Shown: positions 38,203-47,590 of the stretch, piece by piece | Position numbering within the stretch: position 1 is the first letter of the stretch | Layout: every line of letters starts with the position of its first letter | Assembly (NCBI GenBank): GCA_048885525.1 | Contig: JBHLLP010000020.1 | Span: 1-59,596 of the forward strand | Direction: 5' to 3' | Source: Candidatus Hermodarchaeota archaeon | Lineage (GTDB): Archaea; Asgardarchaeota; Lokiarchaeia; Sigyniarchaeales; SOKP01 | Length of the DNA: 59,596 nucleotides | The notes under the pieces: generated by a model | Told to the model about the DNA's origin: nothing | What the model saw: the letters and a program-made list of their open reading frames with translations, nothing else | Database searches by the model: none | Program-made: the position numbers and the translations under genes

Positions 38203-38652
38203 ATGGATCAAAAAACTCGAAATGAACTTTTTAATCAGTATATAAAAACCCTATTTCATAGTTCTAGTTTTAAAGAGCGAGCAATTGCTGCACAAAACCT
38301 TAGCCAATTAAAAGAAACTCGTACCATCAACATGTTAGCTAGAGCTTTGAGATCAGAAAGAGATGATGTTGTTATTAACCAAATAATAGAAGCTATGGGG
38401 GAAATTAGAGACGCTAAAGCTACAATGCTAATTATTGAGTTTTTAAAACAAGAAGTAGAAAAACCAGAAGAAGAACAAGACAAAACAAGATTATTTATTA
38501 TTATAGAAAGCCTCATGAAAATTGGTGATAAGCGGGCACTAGAACATTTAGGTATATTATTAGATTCTTGTTATAGTGATATTAGAAAATTAACAGAAGA
38601 AGCTTTTGAGTGTATCGATCCTGATTGGAAGTTAAATATTAAATCAGTTTAA
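38203..38652 (+). CDS. HEAT/PBS-lyase repeat protein
   Basis: ERAIAAQNL, IIEAMGEIRD, IIESLMKIGD repeats. Confidence 0.8.
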   Translation: MDQKTRNELFNQYIKTLFHSSSFKERAIAAQNLSQLKETRTINMLARALRSERDDVVINQIIEAMGEIRDAKATMLIIEFLKQEVEKPEEEQDKTRLFIIIESLMKIGDKRALEHLGILLDSCYSDIRKLTEEAFECIDPDWKLNIKSV

Positions 38653-38692
38653 ATTAAAAAGATTTTTATACAAAAGAGGAAAAAATAAAATT

Positions 38693-39004
38693 ATGGCTGA
38701 AGTTATAGAAAACTTGGCTCAAACTGTTGAGGGATCAAAAAAAAGCAGAAATATTACGCTTCTAACTCTATCTACTTGTATGTGGTGTAAAAAATGTAAA
38801 GCCTGGTTAAATGAACGTGATATACAATATAGATACGTAGATGTCGATAAAATTAATTTTGAAGATAAATCGAAAATTCTTGCTTATTTAAATGAGAAAT
38901 ATAATTCAAGAGTTTCATATCCATTTATGATATGTGATGATGAGCATGTTGTAGGTTATAACCCTGGTAAATATGAAGATCTAATGAAATCAGGAGGGAA
39001 CTAA
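38693..39004 (+). CDS. Glutaredoxin (FTR-associated)
   Basis: LSTCMWCKK, YVDVD, SYP, VVGY. Confidence 0.88.
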   Translation: MAEVIENLAQTVEGSKKSRNITLLTLSTCMWCKKCKAWLNERDIQYRYVDVDKINFEDKSKILAYLNEKYNSRVSYPFMICDDEHVVGYNPGKYEDLMKSGGN

Positions 39005-39005
39005 A

Positions 39006-39371
39006 ATGGAAATGGAAACAAAAGAAGGTATGAAGAAATATGTTGAACAGGTAAGTAAGACAAACAATTGGATTCTAAATATGGATAGCAATACTTTTAA
39101 CGATTTAATTGATGGGCTAGTAGAAAATAAGAAAACTATGGGTTATCAATCATGTCCTTGTCGTTTAGCTTCAGGAAAACGAGAGCTTGACAGGGATTTA
39201 ATTTGTCCGTGCGACTATGCACCTCAAGATATTAAAGAATACGGAGCTTGTTATTGTAATCTGTATATGCGTGAAGATTTTTATGAAACAACCAAAAAAG
39301 ATTATATCCTTGTTCCTGAGCGCCGACCTGTGGAAAAAGAAAAAGTGGTTATCGAATCTTTTAAAAAATAA
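39006..39371 (+). CDS. Ferredoxin:thioredoxin reductase catalytic subunit
   Basis: CPCR, ICPC, CYCNLY, VPERRP. Confidence 0.92.
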   Translation: MEMETKEGMKKYVEQVSKTNNWILNMDSNTFNDLIDGLVENKKTMGYQSCPCRLASGKRELDRDLICPCDYAPQDIKEYGACYCNLYMREDFYETTKKDYILVPERRPVEKEKVVIESFKK

Positions 39372-39475
39372 ATCTCATTCTATTTTACTTTCTATTGTTA
39401 AAAGAAGGTTTAAGGTTTTTTTCAATTTTTTTTATAAATAAAACCCTTAAATAATAAAGTTTCTCTATGTGAATT

Positions 39476-39634
39476 ATGACAAAAAATGAAATATCTGATG
39501 ATGAATTAGAAGAAGAACTTGATAAAGCATTCAAAGAAAGCGAGAGGTTAAGAGATCATTGTGGAACTCCTTTACCAAGTAATAAAGAAGTGGGTATACA
39601 GAGAACTGATGTTAAAATAAAAAAAGATAAATAA
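39476..39634 (+). CDS. Small hypothetical protein (52 aa)
   Basis: Not in the ORF track: MTKNEISDDELEEELDKAFKESERLRDHCGTPLPSNKEVGIQRTDVKIKKDK*; T-rich tract follows. Confidence 0.55.
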   Translation: MTKNEISDDELEEELDKAFKESERLRDHCGTPLPSNKEVGIQRTDVKIKKDK

Positions 39635-39734
39635 ATCTCAACTAAATTTCTTTTTATTTATTTTTAAGCTTATTCAATTTTAATCAATTTTTCAAATATA
39701 AAAAATAAAAAGATTGAAATTTTTGTTAATAGGG

Positions 39735-40784
39735 TTAAGTTTCCTTTTCTGTTATTTTCAATTTGGTAATAGCACCAATCTCATTAAATTCACTAGGACT
39801 CAATTCAATATTTTTTCCCGTTAAAGAATTTGCTATAGTTGCTGCTAGTATCCCCCAAGGACATATAGAACTAACTAATTCTTCGGATTTCATATATGAT
39901 CTGACAACTGAAGTTGAGCAATTTATTGATTCGACAGTAAATTCATTTTCGGAGATCCATTTTATTTTAAGTTTTTCGGCCATACCAATTTTTTCAAATT
40001 TTCTCATCGCCATTTCCATTGCTTCATTTAAATTACGATTCTTTAATTCCTGCATATTTAATCCAATTTTTTCAGCATAACGTTCTAAAAATTCATAGGT
40101 TTTAGGGAACACATATTTATATAATACTGGGGTTCCTATTAATTCTTTAGCACTACCTTCATAACCGAATGTAATTCCATGCAAAATCATAGATACCCCG
40201 TGTAGATTTCTCAATTTTTCAGATTTTCCACGTAAACTTCTTTTAAATAAAGCAATGAGATATAAGCAAATACCTCCTAAAAAGGGGATAATTGCTGTCC
40301 ATAGAAATGAATCAGGGATTAAGTGTAAAGTTATAGGATAGAAATTGATTTTTGCATCATAATAATTAAAAACGCTAGTCCAATAGGATAAACTCCATCC
40401 AATTACACCTAATGGCCCAATAATATGTCCATATTTATAGATCTCATCTTTTTTAAACAATGCGATAGTGAATTTCAAGCTTACCAGCACAAGAGCACTA
40501 AAGCCTCCAATCCATGTATGAGCCCAAAGTCCAGAAGGAGTAAATAGATAAGGATTATTGGATTTTATATAGGAATCTAACATAATTAGACATAATACCG
40601 CAACGACATAAAAAATAAAAATCTCAATTCTTCCATACCATTTATGGAATTTTATTAAAATAACGTCACCTTTCATATTGTTTAAATCTCTGATGTTGGA
40701 AATTCCAATTAAAGCATTTGCTATAACAAAGCAATAACCTATCAGAGAAATAAAAACCATAAATTCTATTAAAATTGCTGACAT
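39735..40784 (-). CDS. Membrane protein: His-containing 5-TM domain plus C-terminal V4R/MetOD1-like domain
   Basis: TM His in FHKWYGR and AHTWIGG; soluble tail with INCS...ICPWG...G. Confidence 0.55.
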   Translation of the reverse strand: MSAILIEFMVFISLIGYCFVIANALIGISNIRDLNNMKGDVILIKFHKWYGRIEIFIFYVVAVLCLIMLDSYIKSNNPYLFTPSGLWAHTWIGGFSALVLVSLKFTIALFKKDEIYKYGHIIGPLGVIGWSLSYWTSVFNYYDAKINFYPITLHLIPDSFLWTAIIPFLGGICLYLIALFKRSLRGKSEKLRNLHGVSMILHGITFGYEGSAKELIGTPVLYKYVFPKTYEFLERYAEKIGLNMQELKNRNLNEAMEMAMRKFEKIGMAEKLKIKWISENEFTVESINCSTSVVRSYMKSEELVSSICPWGILAATIANSLTGKNIELSPSEFNEIGAITKLKITEKET

Positions 40785-40913
40785 TCAAATCAACTAATAT
40801 TAATTGTCTATTACAAAATTATGGTTAAAATTAAATTAAATTATATGATTACAACTATAAATATGAATCTTTCACATATAATTTATATAATCTTATGTTA
40901 AAAGGGATTAAGT

Positions 40914-42020
40914 TTATTTTAATTGTTTATAAATATCGAAGCAAGTGGTTTGAATAACTGAAAAATCAGTAAAATCATGGATATTACCTATTAAAGTTAA
41001 AGCAAAATTATTAAAATTCAAACATATAGTTATTATTTTCTCTCCACCAATACTGGCATTAAACAATACTCTATTATATATTTGAGTACTTGCTTTTTTT
41101 GAAGAAGTCAAAAAACTAATTGTTTCCGGAATATAATTGGAACAATCATAAGTTTTATCAAAAATTTGTGAATAAAATATTTTACCTACCATATCTACAA
41201 GATATATTTGCTTGATTTTGGGGTTCCAAACAACACGTTCAAATTTTTCAATTAGTTTTTTAGGTTTTTTAATATATTTATCTTTTTCATTAAAGAACTC
41301 TAGTCTTAAAAAATCATCTTCAAATTTTTCTGATAATTGGTATTGTTTAACAATGAGAATGTTACTCCGAGGTTCAACTATTAAATTTTCATTTTGAACT
41401 GTGTTAAGAAGAATCCAATTTACTTTTTCATTAAGATTATTTTGATATAATAATTTCGCAGAATTCATAATTAGAGGAATGAGGAAACTAATTTTATCCT
41501 TGTTTACATATTGTCTAGCATGGATGTAGTAAATGTTACCTCCTTTCGGTTCGATAAATATAATGGCTTTTAAATAAGTTTCATTATCAATATTTCTTAT
41601 GCAGTCATTTAATATATCCAAGCCATGTGAATTGATTATGGTTTTCACGTAATTATCAAAAATTTGAAATTGTGATACTTCCCCATTGAATTCTTTATTA
41701 AGGCTTTCTCTAAAAAGATTGATAAACTTTTCCATAATATCATGAATAACCGCGTGTAGTAATTCTATTAATTCATCATTTTTAGTAGTTATCACAAAAG
41801 TTAATTTTTGAAAAAAATCTTCATATTTCTCAAAAATTATTTTAGTTTTTTTCATTTTTAGGGATTTAATGTCTTCACCCCTTTCTACAGAAGCAAAACT
41901 ATTCATCGCAGTTAAAAATCCACTAAGTAAATCATCATCGCCGATACCTTTATAGCCTTCTGGATGCCATTTATATAAAAGTGCTCCTGAGTCATTGATT
42001 ATTAATAAATCATCAATCAT
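40914..42020 (-). CDS. Longin-domain protein with two further longin/roadblock-like domains
   Basis: LLIINDSGALLY...DDLLSGFLTAMNSFA...IKSLKM; later strand-hairpin starts AIIFIEPKGGNIYY and IYLVDMVGKIFY. Confidence 0.7.
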   Translation of the reverse strand: MIDDLLIINDSGALLYKWHPEGYKGIGDDDLLSGFLTAMNSFASVERGEDIKSLKMKKTKIIFEKYEDFFQKLTFVITTKNDELIELLHAVIHDIMEKFINLFRESLNKEFNGEVSQFQIFDNYVKTIINSHGLDILNDCIRNIDNETYLKAIIFIEPKGGNIYYIHARQYVNKDKISFLIPLIMNSAKLLYQNNLNEKVNWILLNTVQNENLIVEPRSNILIVKQYQLSEKFEDDFLRLEFFNEKDKYIKKPKKLIEKFERVVWNPKIKQIYLVDMVGKIFYSQIFDKTYDCSNYIPETISFLTSSKKASTQIYNRVLFNASIGGEKIITICLNFNNFALTLIGNIHDFTDFSVIQTTCFDIYKQLK

Positions 42021-42196
42021 AATTGTTTTAAACTAATATTTTATGATAATAGGTTAGTAATAGTTCTTAATTAGATAAATAAATGTCAAACTAATATAAA
42101 TTATCCCTTTAGAATTTAGATTTCTTTATAAATCTTATAATCTTTAAGGTAAATCTTTAATTAAGAACTTAAATTTGAAATTCTTAGGTGGTTTAG

Positions 42197-43177
42197 ATGG
42201 AAGAACGAATAAAAGGAAGGAAAAATTATCCTACTGATGAAGTAGATCCTACAAATTTCCTAAGTGATGAATCAGTAAGGGAATTAATTAATCAAAAAGA
42301 TAAAATTAATTTCAGTTCCAACGATTATTATAAACTCTATAATTGTGTTCACTGTGGAGAATGCGAGACCGAAAATGAACGTATTTTATTAAAACAAAAA
42401 TATATTGAAGATGGAAACACATTTGAAGGAATTAATGAGATGGTAGAATATTTTAAGGAATTTAGATCTCCTTATCCAACCAATAAAATGCGGATTAAAC
42501 GATTTGAAGGAATTTCAAGGGAATCTGAGACCCTTTTATTTATGGGATGTCTTTCTACGATAAGAATTCCACAATATACTGAACATGCTCTTCAATACTT
42601 AATGCAACAAGAGATGAATTTCACCATTTTGGAAACTGAAATTTGTTGTGGATGGCATTTAAAAATTAGCGGGTTAATAAATGAGTATGAAACATGTTTA
42701 ACAGAGAATAGAGAGATTTTTAATTCAAAAAAATTTAAAGAAATAATATGCTTATGCCCTGCATGCTTCTATCTTTTTAAAAATGAAATGGATGGACTAA
42801 ATGCTAAAGTAAAGTATATCTCTGATTACTTGAAACCTTCAACTACCCATAAATCTGGTAAAGTAGGAGTGCAACATTTATGTCAGTTAATGAATAGAGG
42901 CAAGGAAGGCATAGATATATACATTGATGATATTCTTAGAGAAGCAGGTTATGAAGTTGTAGACTTACCACATTGGTGTTGTGGTGGGGGTTCTGGATGG
43001 ATGGGGCGAACTGATGTAATTGAACGTATTGCACGAAAGAGAATGGCAGATTTTGATCTAGAGGACCTTGATTTTGTAACAACTTATTGTCCTTCATGTT
43101 GGTGGATTCTTCGTAGATTTAGTAAAAAATGCAGAATTCATCCAAAAGCTGTAGATTTATTTGCTTTATTATTATAA
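42197..43177 (+). CDS. CCG-domain Fe-S protein (HdrD/GlpC-like, shortened)
   Basis: CVHCGEC, FMGC, EICCG, CPAC, QHLC, CCGGG, CPSC. Confidence 0.85.
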   Translation: MEERIKGRKNYPTDEVDPTNFLSDESVRELINQKDKINFSSNDYYKLYNCVHCGECETENERILLKQKYIEDGNTFEGINEMVEYFKEFRSPYPTNKMRIKRFEGISRESETLLFMGCLSTIRIPQYTEHALQYLMQQEMNFTILETEICCGWHLKISGLINEYETCLTENREIFNSKKFKEIICLCPACFYLFKNEMDGLNAKVKYISDYLKPSTTHKSGKVGVQHLCQLMNRGKEGIDIYIDDILREAGYEVVDLPHWCCGGGSGWMGRTDVIERIARKRMADFDLEDLDFVTTYCPSCWWILRRFSKKCRIHPKAVDLFALLL

Positions 43178-43274
43178 AATAGATTTTAATAAGTATTTTC
43201 GAAATTTATTAAAAGTTTTGAACTAATTTGCTCCTAGTATTTCAAGTATAAAATTTATTGAAAGGGAAACCCTC

Positions 43275-43313
43275 TAAAAAAAGCGTATTTACTATTTTAA
43301 TGCGCTTTTTTTA
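43275..43313. other. 15-bp inverted repeat (hairpin or operator) upstream of the molybdate-type transporter
   Basis: TAAAAAAAGCGTATT-N9-AATGCGCTTTTTTTA, with one G:T pair. Confidence 0.6.
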
Positions 43314-43357
43314 AAAATTTTTTAAGAAATTTATTAAATTTAGTACTTTTTTAATAT

Positions 43358-44506
43358 TTGACTAGTTTGGAAGAAAAAAAAGGTTTTATTGAAAAAGAAA
43401 CAGAAAGAAAATATAAAAAGTTCACTTTAAGAGAATTTGGAGGAGCTTTTGGGGATTGGGGTACATTAATCCCATTTATAATTGGATACATATCAATTGT
43501 GGGTTTAAATCCAGCAGGAATCTTCCTTACTTTAGGAATTACTAATATTATTTTAGGGGTGAAATTTAATCTCCCACTTCCAGTTCAGCCTCAGAAAACA
43601 ATTGGTACAGTAGCTATCTCAGAAGAGTGGAATGCGAATATGGTTATTTCCACTGGATTTGGTACTGGAATCGTATGGTTTCTTCTTGGGTTTTCAAAAA
43701 AACTTAATTATATCGTGAGTAAAGTTCCTATTATAACCGTAAGAGGTATTCAATTAGGTTTAGCTTTCATTTTAGGTTGGACAGGAATTTTATTATTTAG
43801 TGAGAATATAATTTTAGGTTTTATCTCAATTGCAATTATTTTACTGCTTATAAAGAATAAACCAATACCATCCGCAATAATTCTTACGTTTGGGGGAATA
43901 CTGACAATGTTTTTAACAGGTATTATTACTTTTACAGATTTAAAATTTGGAATTCCAATATTATCTTTCCAAATACCTACATGGAATAATTTATTATTCG
44001 GAATGGTATATGCGGGAATTGCACAATTATTTCTGACATTAACAAATGTTATGATTGCGACTGTTGTATTGATTAAAGAGCTCTTTCCAGAGAAAGAGGG
44101 GATTGATGCTAACGTATTAGCATTTAATATGGGGGCGATAAATTTAATTAATCCTTTTTTAGGAGGTATGCCTTTATGTCATGGATCAGGAGGATTAATG
44201 GCTCAATATGCTTTTGGAGCTAGAACTGGAGGTTCTATGATATTAGAGGGAATAATGGAATTATTTCTTGGATTGTTTTTTTCTGAGACTCTATTTCTCC
44301 TGTTTACTGAGTTTCCAATGGCTATTCTAGGGTCTATGCTTATTTATACTGCCGTTCTATTGGGAAAAATAGCTTTTAGAGATTTTAATATTAAATCATT
44401 CCCTTTTATATTGATTTCTGCAGTTATTTCATTCGTATTTAATATAGCACTTGGTTTTCTAGTTGGGTTAATATTATATCTCATCTTTAGAAAATTTACT
44501 GAATAG
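43358..44506 (+). CDS. MOT1-family molybdate/sulfate transporter
   Basis: EFGGAFGDWGTLIP, PVQPQK, RGIQLGL, PLCHGSGGLMAQYAFGARTGG. Confidence 0.88.
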   Translation: MTSLEEKKGFIEKETERKYKKFTLREFGGAFGDWGTLIPFIIGYISIVGLNPAGIFLTLGITNIILGVKFNLPLPVQPQKTIGTVAISEEWNANMVISTGFGTGIVWFLLGFSKKLNYIVSKVPIITVRGIQLGLAFILGWTGILLFSENIILGFISIAIILLLIKNKPIPSAIILTFGGILTMFLTGIITFTDLKFGIPILSFQIPTWNNLLFGMVYAGIAQLFLTLTNVMIATVVLIKELFPEKEGIDANVLAFNMGAINLINPFLGGMPLCHGSGGLMAQYAFGARTGGSMILEGIMELFLGLFFSETLFLLFTEFPMAILGSMLIYTAVLLGKIAFRDFNIKSFPFILISAVISFVFNIALGFLVGLILYLIFRKFTE

Positions 44507-44669
44507 CCTTAAGTTTAACTCCTAAAATTTATCTTTTGAATTATTAATTTAATTTTATTAGATTTTATTCATTAACTATTTAGAATAAGTTTTTTTTATA
44601 AATTAAATGAAAAATTCTTTTAAATGTGAAAGCAAATATTCATAATAGAGTTAATCGATGGGTGATTTT

Positions 44670-45362
44670 ATGTTATTTTCTGAAAATGAAATGAATAATA
44701 TAAAAAGAGAAATGGCTAAACTAAAGGATAAAGTTGTACTTAAACTATTTACTGATTTTATAACAAAAGAAGATGGAAAAAAAATAAGAAAGTGTATGGC
44801 TTGTGAGGGAACTTACGAGTTATTAAAAACTCTAGAAGGATTATCTGATGGAAAGTTAGAAATTGATGAAATATCAACTGAAGAGAATGAAGAAGAAGCA
44901 AAAAAATTCAATGTTACTAAGATCCCAGCAATATTATTCGTAGATGAAAATGATAAAGAAATTATTCGATATTTGGCACATCCGACGGGATCTGAATTTG
45001 TACCCTTTCTCAATAGTATACAATATTTTTCAGGAGTGAGACCTTATTATGCGGATCAAATCATAACTCATCTTAAAAAAATATCAAAATCAAATATGAA
45101 AATCTTTATAACACCAACATGTCCATATTGCCCTGCAACTGTTCCAGTATTAACCTTATTCGCAATAGTTTCGAAAGGAAAGATTTCAGCAGAAATTATT
45201 GATGTCAACTTAAATCCAGACATTGGCATGGAATACCAAGTCCAAGGTGTCCCACATACAGTAATAAATGAGAAGGATCATATTTACGGTATGTTTACGC
45301 CTCAAGATTTACTTGACAAACTCACCAAAGGAGAAAGAGATTTTGGAGGAATGTATGCTTAA
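44670..45362 (+). CDS. Protein disulfide oxidoreductase (PDO / AhpF-NTD-like), paralog 1
   Basis: Two Trx folds: CMAC and TPTCPYCP, VQGVP. ATG at 44670 after GGTGA. Confidence 0.88.
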   Translation: MLFSENEMNNIKREMAKLKDKVVLKLFTDFITKEDGKKIRKCMACEGTYELLKTLEGLSDGKLEIDEISTEENEEEAKKFNVTKIPAILFVDENDKEIIRYLAHPTGSEFVPFLNSIQYFSGVRPYYADQIITHLKKISKSNMKIFITPTCPYCPATVPVLTLFAIVSKGKISAEIIDVNLNPDIGMEYQVQGVPHTVINEKDHIYGMFTPQDLLDKLTKGERDFGGMYA

Positions 45363-45379
45363 TTATATAAAGGTGATTT

Positions 45380-46069
45380 TTGAAAATGTCTCAAGATGAT
45401 AGATACAAAGAAATAATTAAAAGAGAAATGGCTAAATTAACGAAACCTGTTAAATTAAAAGTATTTACTTGTAAAGAAAAACAACCAAATGGAAGCCAGA
45501 TAAGAGAGTGTATGGATTGTAATCAATTTTTGACATTGTTAAGAATTTATGAAGAAAATTCAAATGGTATGTTAAGAATTGAAGAACTATGTATTGATGA
45601 CAATCCAGAGTTCGCTATAAGATATGATATTTCGAGAGTACCTACTATCTTATTCATTGATGACCAAGGGAGAGAAATTATTCGATATTTGGCTGCTCCT
45701 CAGGGAGGTGAAATTCAACCTTTTATTCAAGCTATATTTGCCTTTGCTGGTGCCCAAAATTATTACGAAGCGACAATAAAGCAAAATTTAGACAGAATTC
45801 AACCATCTACAATAAAAGTAATGATAACTGAAACTTGTCCATACTGCCCTCAAGTTTGTACTATAGTTAATAACTTTGCTATTGCATCTAATGGAAAGAT
45901 AAGAACAATTATAGTTGACATTATTGCAAATCCAGATATCGGTCAATATTATGACGCAGCTGGAGTACCGTATACTATTATAAATGATCAAAAAACCTTG
46001 GTTGGAATGGTTGGTCCAAATGAAATATTAAGAGCTTTGATTGGAGGTAATATACGTGTTCAATATTGA
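45380..46069 (+). CDS. Protein disulfide oxidoreductase, paralog 2
   Basis: CMDC and TETCPYCP, AGVP; clearly similar to paralog 1. Confidence 0.88.
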   Translation: MKMSQDDRYKEIIKREMAKLTKPVKLKVFTCKEKQPNGSQIRECMDCNQFLTLLRIYEENSNGMLRIEELCIDDNPEFAIRYDISRVPTILFIDDQGREIIRYLAAPQGGEIQPFIQAIFAFAGAQNYYEATIKQNLDRIQPSTIKVMITETCPYCPQVCTIVNNFAIASNGKIRTIIVDIIANPDIGQYYDAAGVPYTIINDQKTLVGMVGPNEILRALIGGNIRVQY

Positions 46070-46070
46070 T

Positions 46071-47000
46071 ATGGAAAGTATTGATTTAGAAAAAACATAT
46101 GATCTTATCATTTTGGGTGGTGGTCCTTCAGCAATAGGATGTGCTATATATGCGGCTCGATTTGCAATGGATATTTTAGTTATAGGCAAAACTTTTGGAG
46201 GATTAATTGCAACAACTCATATTGTTGAGAATTATCCAGCTATTAGATCCATTAGTGGTCAAGGATTGATGGACATGTTTAAGGACCATATGGACTCACT
46301 AAAGATCCCTTACATTTCAGATGAGATACGGAGTATAGATAGAGTTGATGATCACTTTGAACTCCACTCTTTCTTTCAAAAATTTAAAGCAAATTCACTT
46401 TGTATAGCAACGGGATCAGAAAGAAGGAAATTAGGCATTCCTGGGGAAGAAAAATTTGTAGGAAGGGGTGTTTCATATTGTGCAACTTGTGATGGACCAT
46501 TTTATAAAGATAAAAATGTTTGTGTAATTGGTGGGAGTGACTCCGCTGCAAAAGAAGCTTTATTTTTAGCTCAAAGTGTAAATAAAGTATATATTATTTA
46601 TCGAGGCGAAGAAATTAGAGCTGAGCCAATAAATAAGCAAAGAGTGTATGATAATGATAAAATTGAGATAATATATAAAACAAAAATCGTAGAAATCAAA
46701 GGAGATACAACGGTTAAATCTGTAATTTTCGACAATGGAAAAGAGTTTAAAGTAGATGGTGTTTTTATTGAGATAGGGTCAATTCCCAAATCTGAATTGG
46801 CAAAACATATTGGGGTTGAAACAAACGAAAAAGGGGAAATTAAAATTAATCGTAAATCAGAAACTAACATTCCAGGTATCTTTGCTGCAGGAGATGTTGC
46901 AGATGCTCCTTTCAAACAAGCAATTACAGGTGTAGCTGAGGGTGTAATAGCCGCATATTCTGCTTTCGATTATGTTAAGGAAATGAATATTGAATATTAA
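46071..47000 (+). CDS. trxB: Thioredoxin reductase (low-MW)
   Basis: GGGPS, VENYP, IATGS, GRGVSYCATCDG, FAAGDV, KQAIT. ATG at 46071 directly after the PDO2 stop. Confidence 0.93.
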   Translation: MESIDLEKTYDLIILGGGPSAIGCAIYAARFAMDILVIGKTFGGLIATTHIVENYPAIRSISGQGLMDMFKDHMDSLKIPYISDEIRSIDRVDDHFELHSFFQKFKANSLCIATGSERRKLGIPGEEKFVGRGVSYCATCDGPFYKDKNVCVIGGSDSAAKEALFLAQSVNKVYIIYRGEEIRAEPINKQRVYDNDKIEIIYKTKIVEIKGDTTVKSVIFDNGKEFKVDGVFIEIGSIPKSELAKHIGVETNEKGEIKINRKSETNIPGIFAAGDVADAPFKQAITGVAEGVIAAYSAFDYVKEMNIEY

Positions 47001-47092
47001 TAGAATTTTTTTTTCTCATCTTTTTATTACTTTATTAAACTGTTTGACAATTTGGTGAAGCTTTTTTTAATTTTAAAAAGAAAAAAAAGAAA

Positions 47093-47407
47093 TTATTCAA
47101 TATTAATTTCAATACTGTGGAACTCGGGCTCTTTAAAAGGGACCTCAATCTTTAGAAGTCCGTTTTTATAAACCGCTTTTGCCTCTTCCGGTTTTATGGG
47201 ACAACAAACAGTATAGGAACCTATATAAGTTGTATCTTCTGTTTCTCCTTTAATGAAAAAGCTATCTTCATGCATTTTAAGTTTAATTGTGTCTTTTTCT
47301 ACTCCAGGTAATTGAATTTCAATCTTGTAAGTATTATCTTTATCATCAGCCCAAGAACACACCTCTGGAGACATTAAATACTTTTCAGTTTCTTTTACTT
47401 CAGTCAT
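47093..47407 (-). CDS. Small heat-shock protein (Hsp20)
   Basis: LPGVEKDTI, AKAVYKNGLLKIEVP, C-terminal IxI; ATG at 47407 after AGGTGA. Confidence 0.88.
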   Translation of the reverse strand: MTEVKETEKYLMSPEVCSWADDKDNTYKIEIQLPGVEKDTIKLKMHEDSFFIKGETEDTTYIGSYTVCCPIKPEEAKAVYKNGLLKIEVPFKEPEFHSIEINIE

Positions 47408-47590
47408 ATTTTTCACCTTAAAAGTAATAAGTACTAATTAATTTCTAATTAAATGCAACTTAAAGAACAGATTTAAAAGTTCCTTTTATAGAATATGAAA
47501 AAAAGCTAATTTCTTCCTTAATAACAAAATTGGAATCTATGATTATTTTTAATTTATAAAATGCCATTAATTATTGATTCGAGACATTTA

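Noticed and set aside
39217-39441. 74-aa ORF overlapping the FTR gene in another frame
   Set aside because: Same-strand overlap with a well-supported gene; runs into the terminator T-tract; no motif.
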